NCBI GenBank assembly: GCA_040390065.1 | Contig: JAZJZE010000011.1 | Location: 1 to 64,000, forward strand | Length of the DNA: 64,000 nucleotides | Origin: a bacterium | Lineage (GTDB): Archaea > Thermoplasmatota > E2 > JACPAO01 > JAHFTW01 | Reading direction: 5' to 3' | Part shown: positions 9,126 through 19,014 of the stretch, in pieces | Layout: each line of letters begins with the position of its first letter | Numbering within the stretch: position 1 is the first letter of the stretch | The notes under the pieces: model-generated | Told to the model about the DNA's origin: nothing | The model's database searches: none | Seen by the model: the letters and a program-made list of their open reading frames with translations, nothing else | Made by a program: the position numbers and the translations under genes

Positions 9126-10043
9126 TTACTTGGCCGAGGCGGCCTTCAACCACTGCTCGATGCGTGCGCGCAACGCCGCAAACGATTGCGCCGAGTGCAA
9201 TTGCTCCTCGCCGACGCCGAAGTGGAAGTCGTAGCCGTGGCCGATTGCGGCGGCCTGCTCTTGCGGCATGCCGTTGCCTGGACTGCGCACGAAGACCAGG
9301 ACCGAGAACGCGAGGTCGAGGCGGCGCAGCTGCAATGCGTCGAAGGCCAGCGCCTTGAGGTCCGCGGCACCGATGGAGCTGGGCACGATGTCCAACATGA
9401 GGAGGGCGCCGTTCTCGAGTTCGATGACGAGGTCCGCGGCGTGGCTTGTCGCGTGGCCCTCAGGGAGAGGGAGCATCAGGTTGTGCTGGGTGCGCACGAC
9501 GCCGGCGCCGATCTTCGGGTGGACGACGAAGTGCGAGCCCTTGGGCTGCTGCACCTTCGTCCCTGGCGCGCCGATGTCGCGGAACAGGGCTTCGGCGAGG
9601 ACTGAGCGCGCCAGAGGGATGGAACCACCGTCCAGCGTCAGGCCGAGCGCACGTGATGCCGGCGGCGGTGCGCTGGGCGGCGCAGCGGCGGGCGCCGCCG
9701 CCTGGTTTCCCAGCTTGCGCGGTTTGGCGGCAGGCAGGGGCGGCGCTCCTGGGACCTGCATCGGGGGCGCGCCCGCCAGGTGGACGTCCAGGCCGCCTGG
9801 GACGTTCGTGCCGGGCGGCGGGACTTCCTGGTGGTCCGCGTTGAGGACGATCGCCTTGCCGTGGCGCACCGGCACGGGTTCTGTGATCACGGTGATCTCG
9901 TCGTCGCGCACTTCGTCGAGCACGCGCTGCGCAGGGTCGCGCGGCTTGGTCGGGTCGGCGGCGCCGCGGCGCTTGGGCTGCACGGACTTGAAGCCGGTGC
10001 GGCCCATGAGGTCGCCTTTGAGGGTCTTCTTGACGATGCGCAC
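9126..10043 (-). CDS. Hypothetical protein (Pro-rich linker, C-terminal alpha/beta domain)
   Basis: Good codon bias; GTG start preceded by AGGTGA; divergent from the actin operon. Confidence 0.7.
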   Translation of the reverse strand: MRIVKKTLKGDLMGRTGFKSVQPKRRGAADPTKPRDPAQRVLDEVRDDEITVITEPVPVRHGKAIVLNADHQEVPPPGTNVPGGLDVHLAGAPPMQVPGAPPLPAAKPRKLGNQAAAPAAAPPSAPPPASRALGLTLDGGSIPLARSVLAEALFRDIGAPGTKVQQPKGSHFVVHPKIGAGVVRTQHNLMLPLPEGHATSHAADLVIELENGALLMLDIVPSSIGAADLKALAFDALQLRRLDLAFSVLVFVRSPGNGMPQEQAAAIGHGYDFHFGVGEEQLHSAQSFAALRARIEQWLKAASAK

Positions 10044-10645
10044 GGCGTCACCTGACAGGAGGGGGCACCACTTGGGCCATGGCAACGCCGCAGCGCCGTG
10101 CCCTGGCCTTCGCCGTGCATCCCATCCGATGGGCGCGACACCGTGGCCGGGCATAGCGTTTTCCATGCGAAACGGTGCTTCAGGATGGCGAATTTTGCGA
10201 TTTCCAGGCACGACAATCCGCTGGCTTCTCCAATAACATCATCAGAATAGATTGAATGTTTTTCCCTGTCGGCGCAAGTGCTCTCGACGGCCGTCCAAGC
10301 TGCCGGGACGAACGCTACGAGCGCGCAATGGCCGGCTGGACGGCCAAGGCCATCATTTCCGGTCGACGGTCCGAGCCTCCTGCCGCGTCCCGTCGGTCGC
10401 ATTGGACCCATGCGATGGACCCGAAACCCATCGTCCGGGCCTGCCGCGCTTGGCCTGTGCCCCGTTTCCTGCGTCTCGACCGGCGACCCGTCGCAACAGA
10501 AGGTGAAAACGGGTTTCCTCCTGGCGAGGGCATAACCGTAAATAGGCCCCCCCCTTCGAGGGGTTCCAACCACGAATATCCAGGAGAGTCCCTTCGGGGA
10601 CCTCCGGGACAATTCTGGTACCACCACATTTTGGAGGCTACTGAC

Positions 10646-11668
10646 ATGGCAAAGGGACTGGATGTCGGCACGATGAACATCATCGCCGCCGAGCGCCACG
10701 GGGACAAGACCACACTCACGCAGCAGCGCAACTCGTTCGTCGAGATCGAGTACTCCGACGTTGCTGAAAAGATGCTGGCGCGCAGCGACGTGCTCTACAT
10801 CAAGAAGGACAACCAAGTCTTCATCGTCGGTGAAGACGCGTTGAACTTCGCCAACATCTTCAACACGGCGACGCGCCGCCCGATGCAGAAGGGCATCCTG
10901 TCGCGCGACGAGAAGTCGGCCATCCCGATGATCCGCTTGATCATCGAGCGCCTGGTCGGCGCCCCGAAGGAGTCCGGCGAGATCCTGTACTACACGTCCC
11001 CGGCCCGCCCGGTCGACGCCCCGAACCAGGACGTCCTGTACCACCAGAAGACCATCGAGTCCATCCTGCGCAAGCTGGACTACACGCCCCGCGTCATCAA
11101 CGAAGGCATGGCCGTCGTCTACTCGGAGCTCGCGGACAACCAGTTCACCGGTCTCGGCGTCTCGTTCGGCGCCGGCATGACCAACATGTGCGTCTCGCAC
11201 TACGGTCTCCCGGTCATGACGACCGCAGTCGCCCGCGGCGGCGACTGGATCGACCAGCAGGTCGCTGAGGCGACCGGCCACTCCAAGGACCGCGTCACCG
11301 CAATCAAGGAGCGCGAATTCGAGATCAACCCGGAGAACCCGGCCGGCGAGGTCCAGAGCGCCCTCACCATCTACTACGACAACCTCGTCGAGTACGCCAT
11401 CCGCACCCTGAAGCGCGAGCTCGCCAAGGCGAAGGTCGAGGAAGGCCTCACGATCCCGGTCGCCATCACTGGCGGAACGGCCTCGTGCAAAGGCTTCAAG
11501 GACCTCTTCGAGCGCCGCATCTACGAGGCCAACCTGCCCTTCGAGATCTCGAAGGTCAAGATGGCCCGCAGCCCGCTCTACTCGGTCGCCATGGGCACCC
11601 TCGTCGCCGCTCGCGCTGAAGAAGCCGAGACCCTCGAGGAACTCGTCGCAGTCGACTCGAAGAAGTAA
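10646..11668 (+). CDS. volA: Volactin-like actin-fold ATPase
   Basis: MAKGLDVGTMNI phosphate-1, QQRNSFVEIEYSD, RRPMQKGIL, INEG, GVSFGAGMTN phosphate-2, ITGGTA adenosine motif; GGAGG RBS; recalled similarity to haloarchaeal volactin. Confidence 0.88.
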   Translation: MAKGLDVGTMNIIAAERHGDKTTLTQQRNSFVEIEYSDVAEKMLARSDVLYIKKDNQVFIVGEDALNFANIFNTATRRPMQKGILSRDEKSAIPMIRLIIERLVGAPKESGEILYYTSPARPVDAPNQDVLYHQKTIESILRKLDYTPRVINEGMAVVYSELADNQFTGLGVSFGAGMTNMCVSHYGLPVMTTAVARGGDWIDQQVAEATGHSKDRVTAIKEREFEINPENPAGEVQSALTIYYDNLVEYAIRTLKRELAKAKVEEGLTIPVAITGGTASCKGFKDLFERRIYEANLPFEISKVKMARSPLYSVAMGTLVAARAEEAETLEELVAVDSKK

Positions 11669-11703
11669 TCGCCTCGACGCGATAGGCCACCCGAGGATGC
11701 ACT

Positions 11704-12747
11704 ATGTCTGAACTTGAGAACCAATACTCCAGCTTGTTCGGTACCAAGACTTCGAAGGGCCAGTTGCGCGGAGGATTCCTCCTCCTCGCACTCGGCGTCG
11801 TCCTCGGTCTGGCCGCCCTTATTCTCTTTTTCCTATCCTACCAGGCCACCGGCCAGGACCAGACCACGTGGCGCCACCTGGCGCTGCCCCTGGGAACTGC
11901 TGCCTTCGGCCTGATCCTGCTGGGCATCACCGTTGCCCTGCCGACCACCACCGGGCTGCGCGTTGCCGCCTGGGTCGGGATCGTGTGCACGCTCGGCGGC
12001 GCGATGCTGCTGGCGTTCCACTACCCGAACAACTTCAACGTCTCGGCGCAGAACCGCGGCAAGGGTGTCGCGGACTACCTGCCCCTTGACCTCGGCCTGT
12101 ACGTCATCGGCCTTGGCCTGCAACTTGCGGCCATCGTGTCGAGCATCGTGGGCTTCTACCTCGGCCGCGTCGGCCCCGCCGCAAAGGCGGAGGGCGACGA
12201 GGACGACGAGACCTACGGCCCCGGCTACGAGGTCCCCGACTGGGTCGTCGAGCGCGACATCGAGTACGCCATGAAGAAGTTCGGCGTCGAAGTCGTGGGC
12301 GGCAAAGGCTCGGCATCGGCCGGCATGAAGGTCAACATCAACGACTCCTTCGGCGCCAACATGACGATCGGCGGCCTCGGCAAGGCCCGCACGGTCCAAC
12401 TGGACTCGACGCAGGTCGACGAGGGTGTCACGCAGCTCTCCGGTGTCCGCCCCAACAAGAAGGGCGCGCTGCCGGGCGAGTGGGCGGACGAGTCCACGAA
12501 GGCCCTCATCGCCTTCCGCAAGCAGAAGTCGGCCAACCCGACCATGTACACTCCCAAGAAGCGTGGATTCTGGGCCCGCCTGTTCGGCGGCCGCTCCAAG
12601 GCCACGCCTGCCGCAAGCGGCGCATCGGCGGCCCCCAAGGCCGCGGTCCCGACCAACGGCAACACGGGCAAATTCGTCGGCCGCGGCAAGACCATCGTCA
12701 TCGACGATGAGGCCCCGGCACGCGGCAAGAAGGGCGGCTCCAACTGA
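11704..12747 (+). CDS. Four-TM membrane protein with cytoplasmic tail (DUF7139-like, volactin-associated)
   Basis: Four TM helices with LP...YPNNFN...DY...LY pattern; VERDIEYAM motif in the tail. Confidence 0.75.
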   Translation: MSELENQYSSLFGTKTSKGQLRGGFLLLALGVVLGLAALILFFLSYQATGQDQTTWRHLALPLGTAAFGLILLGITVALPTTTGLRVAAWVGIVCTLGGAMLLAFHYPNNFNVSAQNRGKGVADYLPLDLGLYVIGLGLQLAAIVSSIVGFYLGRVGPAAKAEGDEDDETYGPGYEVPDWVVERDIEYAMKKFGVEVVGGKGSASAGMKVNINDSFGANMTIGGLGKARTVQLDSTQVDEGVTQLSGVRPNKKGALPGEWADESTKALIAFRKQKSANPTMYTPKKRGFWARLFGGRSKATPAASGASAAPKAAVPTNGNTGKFVGRGKTIVIDDEAPARGKKGGSN

Positions 12748-12770
12748 GGGCCGCCAACGAGGCGGTCACC

Positions 12771-15017
12771 ATGAGCAAAGCAAACCCCGCAGACGAGGCC
12801 CAGAAGAGGGCGGCCCGCATGGCTGCCTTCAGCTCCAAGGTCACCGAGGAAGAGGACGCGGCCGTCGCCGTGCGCTCCTTCAATGAGGCCAAGGCGGGCT
12901 CCGCCGGTTCCAAGGAGTACGACCCGAAGACCGGCGCCGTCAGGGCCGGCGCGGGCGGTTCCGCCCCGGGGCCCAAGGCCAACGTCAAGACGGTCTCGGA
13001 CGACGAGTTGTTTGCCGAGATCGACGCCGCCGTGGCTGCCGAGGAGAAGAAGAGCGGCCGCACCGTGGTCGAACCTGTTGCACCGCCCGTCGAGGCCCCC
13101 AAGCCGTCGGCGCCTGCGGCCCTTTCCGCGAAGCGTTTGGCCGCAATGGCCGCCGCCGCGGTGGACCGCCCCGAGGTGCGCGACACGAGCACGCCGGCCA
13201 AGGAGGCCGCAGCCCGTCTCGTCGACTTGGGCGATGTCGAGGTCCAGAAGCCGGTCGCGTCGCGGCCGAAGCACCTGGACACCGACGAGGCGTCCTTCGA
13301 GGTCAACGCCCCGAAGGCGTCCGCCCCGCGTCACCTCTCCCCCGCCGTGACGGAGGGCGAAATCGACATCCGCGCGCCCAAGCCGCACGCCGTGTCGGCT
13401 GGCACCGGCAAGAGCGGCGCCGGCCACTTCGACGTCAAGCGTGACGCCGCCGAGGCGTCGGCCCCCCTCAAGATCCGCAGCCCCACCGAGGACGAGTTCT
13501 CGGTCAAGATGGACAAGGAGGACAAGCCGGCGCCCAAAATCCAGTCGCCGGCCGAGTCGGAGTTCGCAGTCAAGTCGGACGCGCAGAGCTCCGACCTTGC
13601 CAAGTCCGCGACGGAGAAGGTCCAGGAGCTCGTCGACGCCGCGCAGCCCATCGAGCTGCCGCGCAAGGCCTCCAAGCCGGCCGCCGCGCCGCTGCCGCAC
13701 CGGAAAGCCGAGATCCATCATGAGGCCCGGCGCGAGCTGCCCCGCATGAAGTCGCCCGGCGACGAGAGCATCACGACCCACCGCGACGCTCAAGCCAAGC
13801 CGCTGCCGCACATGCGCAGCGCGGGCGACGAGACGTTCGCCACTCGTCGCGATGCGGAGTCCAGCAAGCATGCGCCCAAGCTGCGCAGCGCGGGCGACGA
13901 GGCGGTCGCAGTGAAGCGCGACGCGGAGTCGCGCATGCCGCCCACCCTCGCCGCGCTTGCAGAGGCCAACTTCGAGACGCGCACGGACCGCCGCGAGGGC
14001 GAGGCCGCGCCGAAGCTACGCTCGCCCGCCGATTCCGCCTTCGAGGCCCGTCAGGACCGCGACCAGCGCGAGACACCAAAGTTCCGCGCCCAGGGCGAGG
14101 CCCTGTTCGAGGCCAAGCAGGACCGTGAGCACCGCGAGGCGCCGAAGCTGCGCAGCCCCGCCGAGGCGCATTTCGAGGCCAAGCAGGACCGTGAGCACCG
14201 CGAGGCGCCGAAGCTGCGCAGCCCCGCCGAGGCGAAGTTCGAGGCCAAGGTCGACCGCCGCGAGTCCGACCTGCCCAAGTTCCGTTCCCCAGGAGAAGCC
14301 TCGTTCGAGGCGAAACAGGACAAGGAGCAGCGCACCATGCCGAAGTTCCGAGCCGCCGAGACACCGTTCGAGGCCAAGGTCGACCGCCGCGAGTCGGATC
14401 TGCCCAAGTTCCGCGCGCCCGGCGAATCGGCCTTCGAGGCCAAGATGGACAAGGAGCACCGCGAGATGCCGAAGTTCCGTTCACCGGCTGACGCCCAGTT
14501 CGAGACGAAGCGGGACGCCGAAGCCAAGCCCCTGCCGAAGATCCGTTCACCGGCTGACGCCCAGTTCGAGACGCGCCGCGACGCCGAGGCCAAGCCTCTG
14601 CCGAAACTGCGCTCGCCGACCGAGGGCCACATCGAGGCCAAGCAGGACGCCCGCGCGAAGGAGCTGCCCCGCATGCGCAGCCCTGCCGACGTCGAGGCGT
14701 TCGAGACGCGCCGCGACGCCGAGGCCAAGCCGTTGCCGCGCATGCGCAACGCGACGGACGCCGACAGCTACGAGGCCAAGCTGGCCTGGCAGCAGAAGAA
14801 GGTCACCGGCATGGTGAGCGCCGCCGACGCCGAGGCGTACGACACGAAGCACGACCGCGAGACGCGCGAGCGCAGCCACGTCAACAACCCTGGCCAAGGC
14901 GAATTCGATGTCAAGATGGAGCACGAATCCGTCTGGACGACGCAACCGCGCCGTGATATCGACGCAGCGTCGATTGAAGGCAAGGGTGCCTCCAAGCCGA
15001 AGTCCAAGAAGGCGTAG
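12771..15017 (+). CDS. Charged tandem-repeat protein (about 20 copies of a ~22-aa repeat)
   Basis: Repeat consensus PK[LF]RSP[AG][ED]xxFE[AT]KxD[RKA]Exxxx; strong codon bias; co-oriented with the actin gene. Confidence 0.88.
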   Translation: MSKANPADEAQKRAARMAAFSSKVTEEEDAAVAVRSFNEAKAGSAGSKEYDPKTGAVRAGAGGSAPGPKANVKTVSDDELFAEIDAAVAAEEKKSGRTVVEPVAPPVEAPKPSAPAALSAKRLAAMAAAAVDRPEVRDTSTPAKEAAARLVDLGDVEVQKPVASRPKHLDTDEASFEVNAPKASAPRHLSPAVTEGEIDIRAPKPHAVSAGTGKSGAGHFDVKRDAAEASAPLKIRSPTEDEFSVKMDKEDKPAPKIQSPAESEFAVKSDAQSSDLAKSATEKVQELVDAAQPIELPRKASKPAAAPLPHRKAEIHHEARRELPRMKSPGDESITTHRDAQAKPLPHMRSAGDETFATRRDAESSKHAPKLRSAGDEAVAVKRDAESRMPPTLAALAEANFETRTDRREGEAAPKLRSPADSAFEARQDRDQRETPKFRAQGEALFEAKQDREHREAPKLRSPAEAHFEAKQDREHREAPKLRSPAEAKFEAKVDRRESDLPKFRSPGEASFEAKQDKEQRTMPKFRAAETPFEAKVDRRESDLPKFRAPGESAFEAKMDKEHREMPKFRSPADAQFETKRDAEAKPLPKIRSPADAQFETRRDAEAKPLPKLRSPTEGHIEAKQDARAKELPRMRSPADVEAFETRRDAEAKPLPRMRNATDADSYEAKLAWQQKKVTGMVSAADAEAYDTKHDRETRERSHVNNPGQGEFDVKMEHESVWTTQPRRDIDAASIEGKGASKPKSKKA

Positions 15018-15077
15018 GCCACCCGGCGGCGGTTGCAACGGCGGCGTGGTGGTCTGACCCGCCTTTCGTCGTCACCA

Positions 15078-16766
15078 TCAATTCTTGCGGCGACGGCCTG
15101 CGATGAGGAACACCGTCGGCACGGTGATGACTGCTGCCAGGGCGCCTGCGGCCCCCACAAGGGGCCATGGGATGCCGCGTCCGAGGGGGCTTGCACCGCT
15201 GGTCCCGGACGTCGGAACGCTTGCCGCAAGCAGCCGGAACTCGGGCTGGCATGCGTCGCCAACACCGTCGTGGTTGGCGTCGGTCTGGTCGCCGTTTGGT
15301 TCGGTGGGGCAGTTGTCCAGGAAGGTGTGCTGCACCACGTCATCCGCAAACGGTTCGTTGGGGACGCCGTCGCCGTCGATGTCGGGGTCGCAGGAATCGC
15401 CCAGGAGGTCCTCGTCCATGTTGGCTTGCTCGCGGTTGGCCGTGGCCGGACAGTTGTCGCGTGCGTCGGGCACGCTGTCGTAGTCCAGGTCGCTGGGCTG
15501 TGCCGGAGGCGGCGGCGGGGGCGGCGGCGGGTTGCCTGTGATGCACATGCCGCCGCTGCTTCGGGCCGAATCCGCGGCCCACGTCTTGCCCGATGGGCAT
15601 GGCGTGGGGTCGCAGGGGTCGCCGATAGAGTCCAGGTCCGAGTCCTCCTGTTCGTGGTTGGGCACCGCGGCACAGTTGTCGGACCGGTCCTCGATGCCGT
15701 CGAGGTCGGAGTCGAGGGAACTGGAGCGTTCGTTGTCCTCCACCGGGTGGTCGCACGTCATCACGAAGGCGGTGCTGGCGGCGCGGCCGAAGACGCCGGA
15801 GCCGGCGGCGAAGATCATGTCGGGTCCCGTCACCGCTCCCGAGGCCATCTCGCTGGAGGCAATGAGCATGGAGCCCATGGTGTGCCACTGCCACGTCGTC
15901 GGGTCGAGGGCTTCCACCACGTCGACATTGAAGTTGCTGACCGTGCCGCCGATCACGAACAAGTCGCCGCCGCACAGGCCTGCGATGGCGTTGGCGCGCG
16001 GTGTCGGCATCGCGGGGCCCAGGCTCCAGGCGTTCGTGCCGGGGTCGAAGATCTGCACGAGGCCGATGTCGGTCCCCGCGCCCGGGCCGGTCTCGCCGCC
16101 GAAGACGTACACCTTGCCGTTGTAGGCCAGCGTGGCGTACACGTCGGCGGCCGCCGTCGGCATCGCCGGCCCCGTCGTCCAGGAGTCCGTCGCTACGTGG
16201 TAGATCTCCATGGTATTGATTGGTGGCCCGCAGTAGGGGGCGGCGCAGAGGCGGCCACCGACGACGTAGATGTCGTTGCCGATGACGGCGGAGCCCAATC
16301 CGGCCCGGGCCGTCGGCATGGGGGCTCCCGTACTCCAGGAATTGGCCACCGGGTCGTAGATCTCCACGTTGTTGCAGACCGGACTGCACGGTTTGCCGCC
16401 GATGGCGTACAGGGAAGCATGGCCATTGGGGGCGACGGCTACGGCGCCCGTCAGCTCCGAGCGCCCCACCGAGGCCGCCGGGAGGGTCGTCCACGTATCG
16501 GCGACGGGGTCGTAGGCCGACAGCGGTGTCCCCATGGGATAGCCGTGGCTGACGTAGAACTTCCCGCCGATGTAGCCGCCGGCCATGCCTTCAAGACCGG
16601 TCCCCAGAGGAGCCCCGGCTTGCCAGGTCGTGGTCGGAAGGGCAGCCGCCGACGAGGCGTGCGCCAGGAGCGGCAGCATGACCAAGCAGGCGCCGCCCGC
16701 CACGAGAAACAACGCCACCCGCCGGCTCGGCAATGGCCAGCGCACGCGACCGGACTCGTCCACCAT
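15078..16766 (-). CDS. Kelch-repeat beta-propeller + thrombospondin type 3 repeat surface protein
   Basis: Kelch repeats (IYVVGG, YDPVANSWSTGAPMPTAR), DxDxDG..DNC TSP3 repeats, C-terminal TM + RRRK. Confidence 0.9.
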   Translation of the reverse strand: MVDESGRVRWPLPSRRVALFLVAGGACLVMLPLLAHASSAAALPTTTWQAGAPLGTGLEGMAGGYIGGKFYVSHGYPMGTPLSAYDPVADTWTTLPAASVGRSELTGAVAVAPNGHASLYAIGGKPCSPVCNNVEIYDPVANSWSTGAPMPTARAGLGSAVIGNDIYVVGGRLCAAPYCGPPINTMEIYHVATDSWTTGPAMPTAAADVYATLAYNGKVYVFGGETGPGAGTDIGLVQIFDPGTNAWSLGPAMPTPRANAIAGLCGGDLFVIGGTVSNFNVDVVEALDPTTWQWHTMGSMLIASSEMASGAVTGPDMIFAAGSGVFGRAASTAFVMTCDHPVEDNERSSSLDSDLDGIEDRSDNCAAVPNHEQEDSDLDSIGDPCDPTPCPSGKTWAADSARSSGGMCITGNPPPPPPPPPAQPSDLDYDSVPDARDNCPATANREQANMDEDLLGDSCDPDIDGDGVPNEPFADDVVQHTFLDNCPTEPNGDQTDANHDGVGDACQPEFRLLAASVPTSGTSGASPLGRGIPWPLVGAAGALAAVITVPTVFLIAGRRRKN

Positions 16767-16847
16767 GGCCCATCCAGCCGGAAAGGGGGGTATGAAGTTT
16801 CTCGCCAGGTTCTGCAGCGGCCGAACCCAATCCCGGGCCGCTGCCGC

Positions 16848-18464
16848 TCAGATGACGGTGCCGTGGCCCTTCCTGGGCAATGGCAGGTGCTTGTTGCTGG
16901 CCGCCTCGAGTCGGGCGATGACTTCGCTGCGTAGTTGGCTGGGAGGGACGATGTGGTCGACGATGAGGTCGTTGGCGGCAGCGTGGATGTCGACGTCGCG
17001 GTTGTATTCCGCCCGCTTGTCGGCGATGAAGCGCTCACGCTCACGCGGGTCCGCGATCTTTGCGATGTGGTTGGCGTACACGGCGTTGATGGCGGCTTCG
17101 GCCCCCATGACGGCGATCTCCGCTCCAGGAAGGGCCAGGGTCGCCTCCGGTTCGAAGGCGGGGCCGCACATGGCGTAGATGCCGGCGCCGTATGCCTTGC
17201 GGATGACGATGCAAAGTTTCGGGACCGTCGCCGTGGACGTCGCGTAGATGAAGCGCTTGCCCCGCTTCAGGATGCCTTGCGCCTCGACGGCCGAACCGAC
17301 CATGAATCCGGGCGTGTCGCACAGGTACAGAAGCGGGATGTTGTAGGCGTCGCAGGTGAGGATGAACTCGGCCGCCTTGTCCGCGGATTGCGGGAAGATG
17401 GCGCCCGCCCGGTGCGCGGTGTTGTTGGCGACGACGCCGACCACGATGCCGCCGACGCGGGCCAGTCCCGTGATGAGTTCCTGCGCGTGGCCGGGCTTGA
17501 TCTCGAGCCATGAGCCGCCGTCGACGAGCGTGTGGATGGCCTCGTGCATGTCGAATGCCTTGTTGGGGTCGGCCGGCACGAGCATCTCGAGCTCCGTTGG
17601 GCTGCGTTCCGGTTGCTCCGGTGCGAAGCGGGGCGGCCGCTCGTCGCAGTTGTCCGGCAGGTACGACAGGAGGCGCCACACGGCTTCGGCGGCCTCATCC
17701 TCGGAGTCCACGACGAGGTGGCAAGAGCCCGATTCCGTCATGTGGAAATCCGCGCCGCCAAGTTCCTGCATGGTGACCTTCTCCCCCGTCACCATCTCGA
17801 CCATGCGGGGACTGGCGATGCACAGGGCGGCCATGCCGCGCACCATGATGCTGAAGTCGCAGAAGACCGGCGTGTAGGCGGCGCCCGCGACGCATGGGCC
17901 ATACAGCACCGAGATCTGCGGGATCTTTCCCGAGAGGATCGAGTGGTTGTAGAAGTATTTCCCGATGCCGCGGTTGTTGGCGAAGAAGCCGGCCTGGTCC
18001 GTGATGCGCGCGCCGGACGAGTCGATGAGGTAGAGGATGGGCTTCTGCGCCCGCATGGCGCGCTCCTGGACACGCAAGAACTTCTCGACGCCGCGCTCCG
18101 CCATCGAGCCCGCCTTGACGGTGTAATCATTGGCGATGACCATGACCGTGCGCTCGCCCATCTTTCCCGCCCCCGTCACCATGCCGTCGGCGGCCAGCCC
18201 TTCGTCCGCTTTCTGGTTGTTGGCAAACAGGCCGTCCTCGTACGACAGGCCGTCCGGGAAGAACAGCCGCAGCCGGTCGCGCACGAACAGCTTGCCCTCG
18301 TCGCTCAACCTGTCGCGGTACTTCTGCGGGCCGCCCTGCTGCAGCCTGGCGATGGCCTCGAGGAGCTTGGCCTCCCGCGTCGCACCCTTGGCTTCGGGGG
18401 CGGGTTCACTGGGGGCCGGGGCGACGGCGGGCGCGGCGGCCATCGGGGTCCGGCGTGCAGTCAT
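16848..18464 (-). CDS. Acyl-CoA carboxylase, carboxyltransferase subunit
   Basis: DYTVKAGS, DSSGAR, CVAGAAY, DTPGFMVG, RKAYGAG motifs. Confidence 0.95.
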   Translation of the reverse strand: MTARRTPMAAAPAVAPAPSEPAPEAKGATREAKLLEAIARLQQGGPQKYRDRLSDEGKLFVRDRLRLFFPDGLSYEDGLFANNQKADEGLAADGMVTGAGKMGERTVMVIANDYTVKAGSMAERGVEKFLRVQERAMRAQKPILYLIDSSGARITDQAGFFANNRGIGKYFYNHSILSGKIPQISVLYGPCVAGAAYTPVFCDFSIMVRGMAALCIASPRMVEMVTGEKVTMQELGGADFHMTESGSCHLVVDSEDEAAEAVWRLLSYLPDNCDERPPRFAPEQPERSPTELEMLVPADPNKAFDMHEAIHTLVDGGSWLEIKPGHAQELITGLARVGGIVVGVVANNTAHRAGAIFPQSADKAAEFILTCDAYNIPLLYLCDTPGFMVGSAVEAQGILKRGKRFIYATSTATVPKLCIVIRKAYGAGIYAMCGPAFEPEATLALPGAEIAVMGAEAAINAVYANHIAKIADPRERERFIADKRAEYNRDVDIHAAANDLIVDHIVPPSQLRSEVIARLEAASNKHLPLPRKGHGTVI

Positions 18465-18528
18465 GGCCCGGCAAGGTGCGCAGGGCCATTTCAAGGGCAC
18501 GACTGACGCCGAGGCGCCGCAACGACCT

Positions 18529-19014
18529 CTAGTACGGCTCGATGTCGACGATGACCCGGTTTGCCTCGACGGCCTGCCCGGCCTCGCCGTGCACGGCCGA
18601 CACGATGCCGGCCACCGGGGAGCGCACGTCGTTTTGCATCTTCATGGCCTCGAGCACGAAGAGGACGTCCCCGACCTGCACGGGCTGGCCGGCTTTGACG
18701 CGCACCGTGTCGAGCTTGCCGGCCATGGGGGGGCGGATGCGCGCGGCGGCCTGGGAGCCGCCGACGCCAGTGGCGCCCGCGCGCTGCACGCTCAAGACGG
18801 CCCAGGCGGTCTCCGAGCCGTCGACGAAGAGCCGCCCGTCGCGCAATTCGATCGGCAGATTGGTCCCGGCAAGCCGTGCGATGCGCTTGTTGCCCGTGCC
18901 GGTGACCTTGATGTCGAAGCTGTCGCCGTCGACCACGGCCAGGTACGTGCCGTCGGGGCGCAGGACGAGGTCGACGTCCAGGGCGGCGGAGTCCAGCCGA
19001 AGTGTCGCGCGCAT
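18529..19014 (-). CDS. Biotin carboxyl carrier protein
   Basis: LEAMKMQN biotinylation motif; TGATG overlap with the upstream gene. Confidence 0.92.
   Translation of the reverse strand: MRATLRLDSAALDVDLVLRPDGTYLAVVDGDSFDIKVTGTGNKRIARLAGTNLPIELRDGRLFVDGSETAWAVLSVQRAGATGVGGSQAAARIRPPMAGKLDTVRVKAGQPVQVGDVLFVLEAMKMQNDVRSPVAGIVSAVHGEAGQAVEANRVIVDIEPY

Noticed and set aside
10256-10645. N-terminal extension of the actin ORF
   Set aside because: The GGAGG RBS and family N-terminus MAKGLDVG place the start at 10646
13740-14760. CRISPR-like array from 66-bp periodic DNA
   Set aside because: The repeats are in-frame coding repeats without unique spacers; no cas genes
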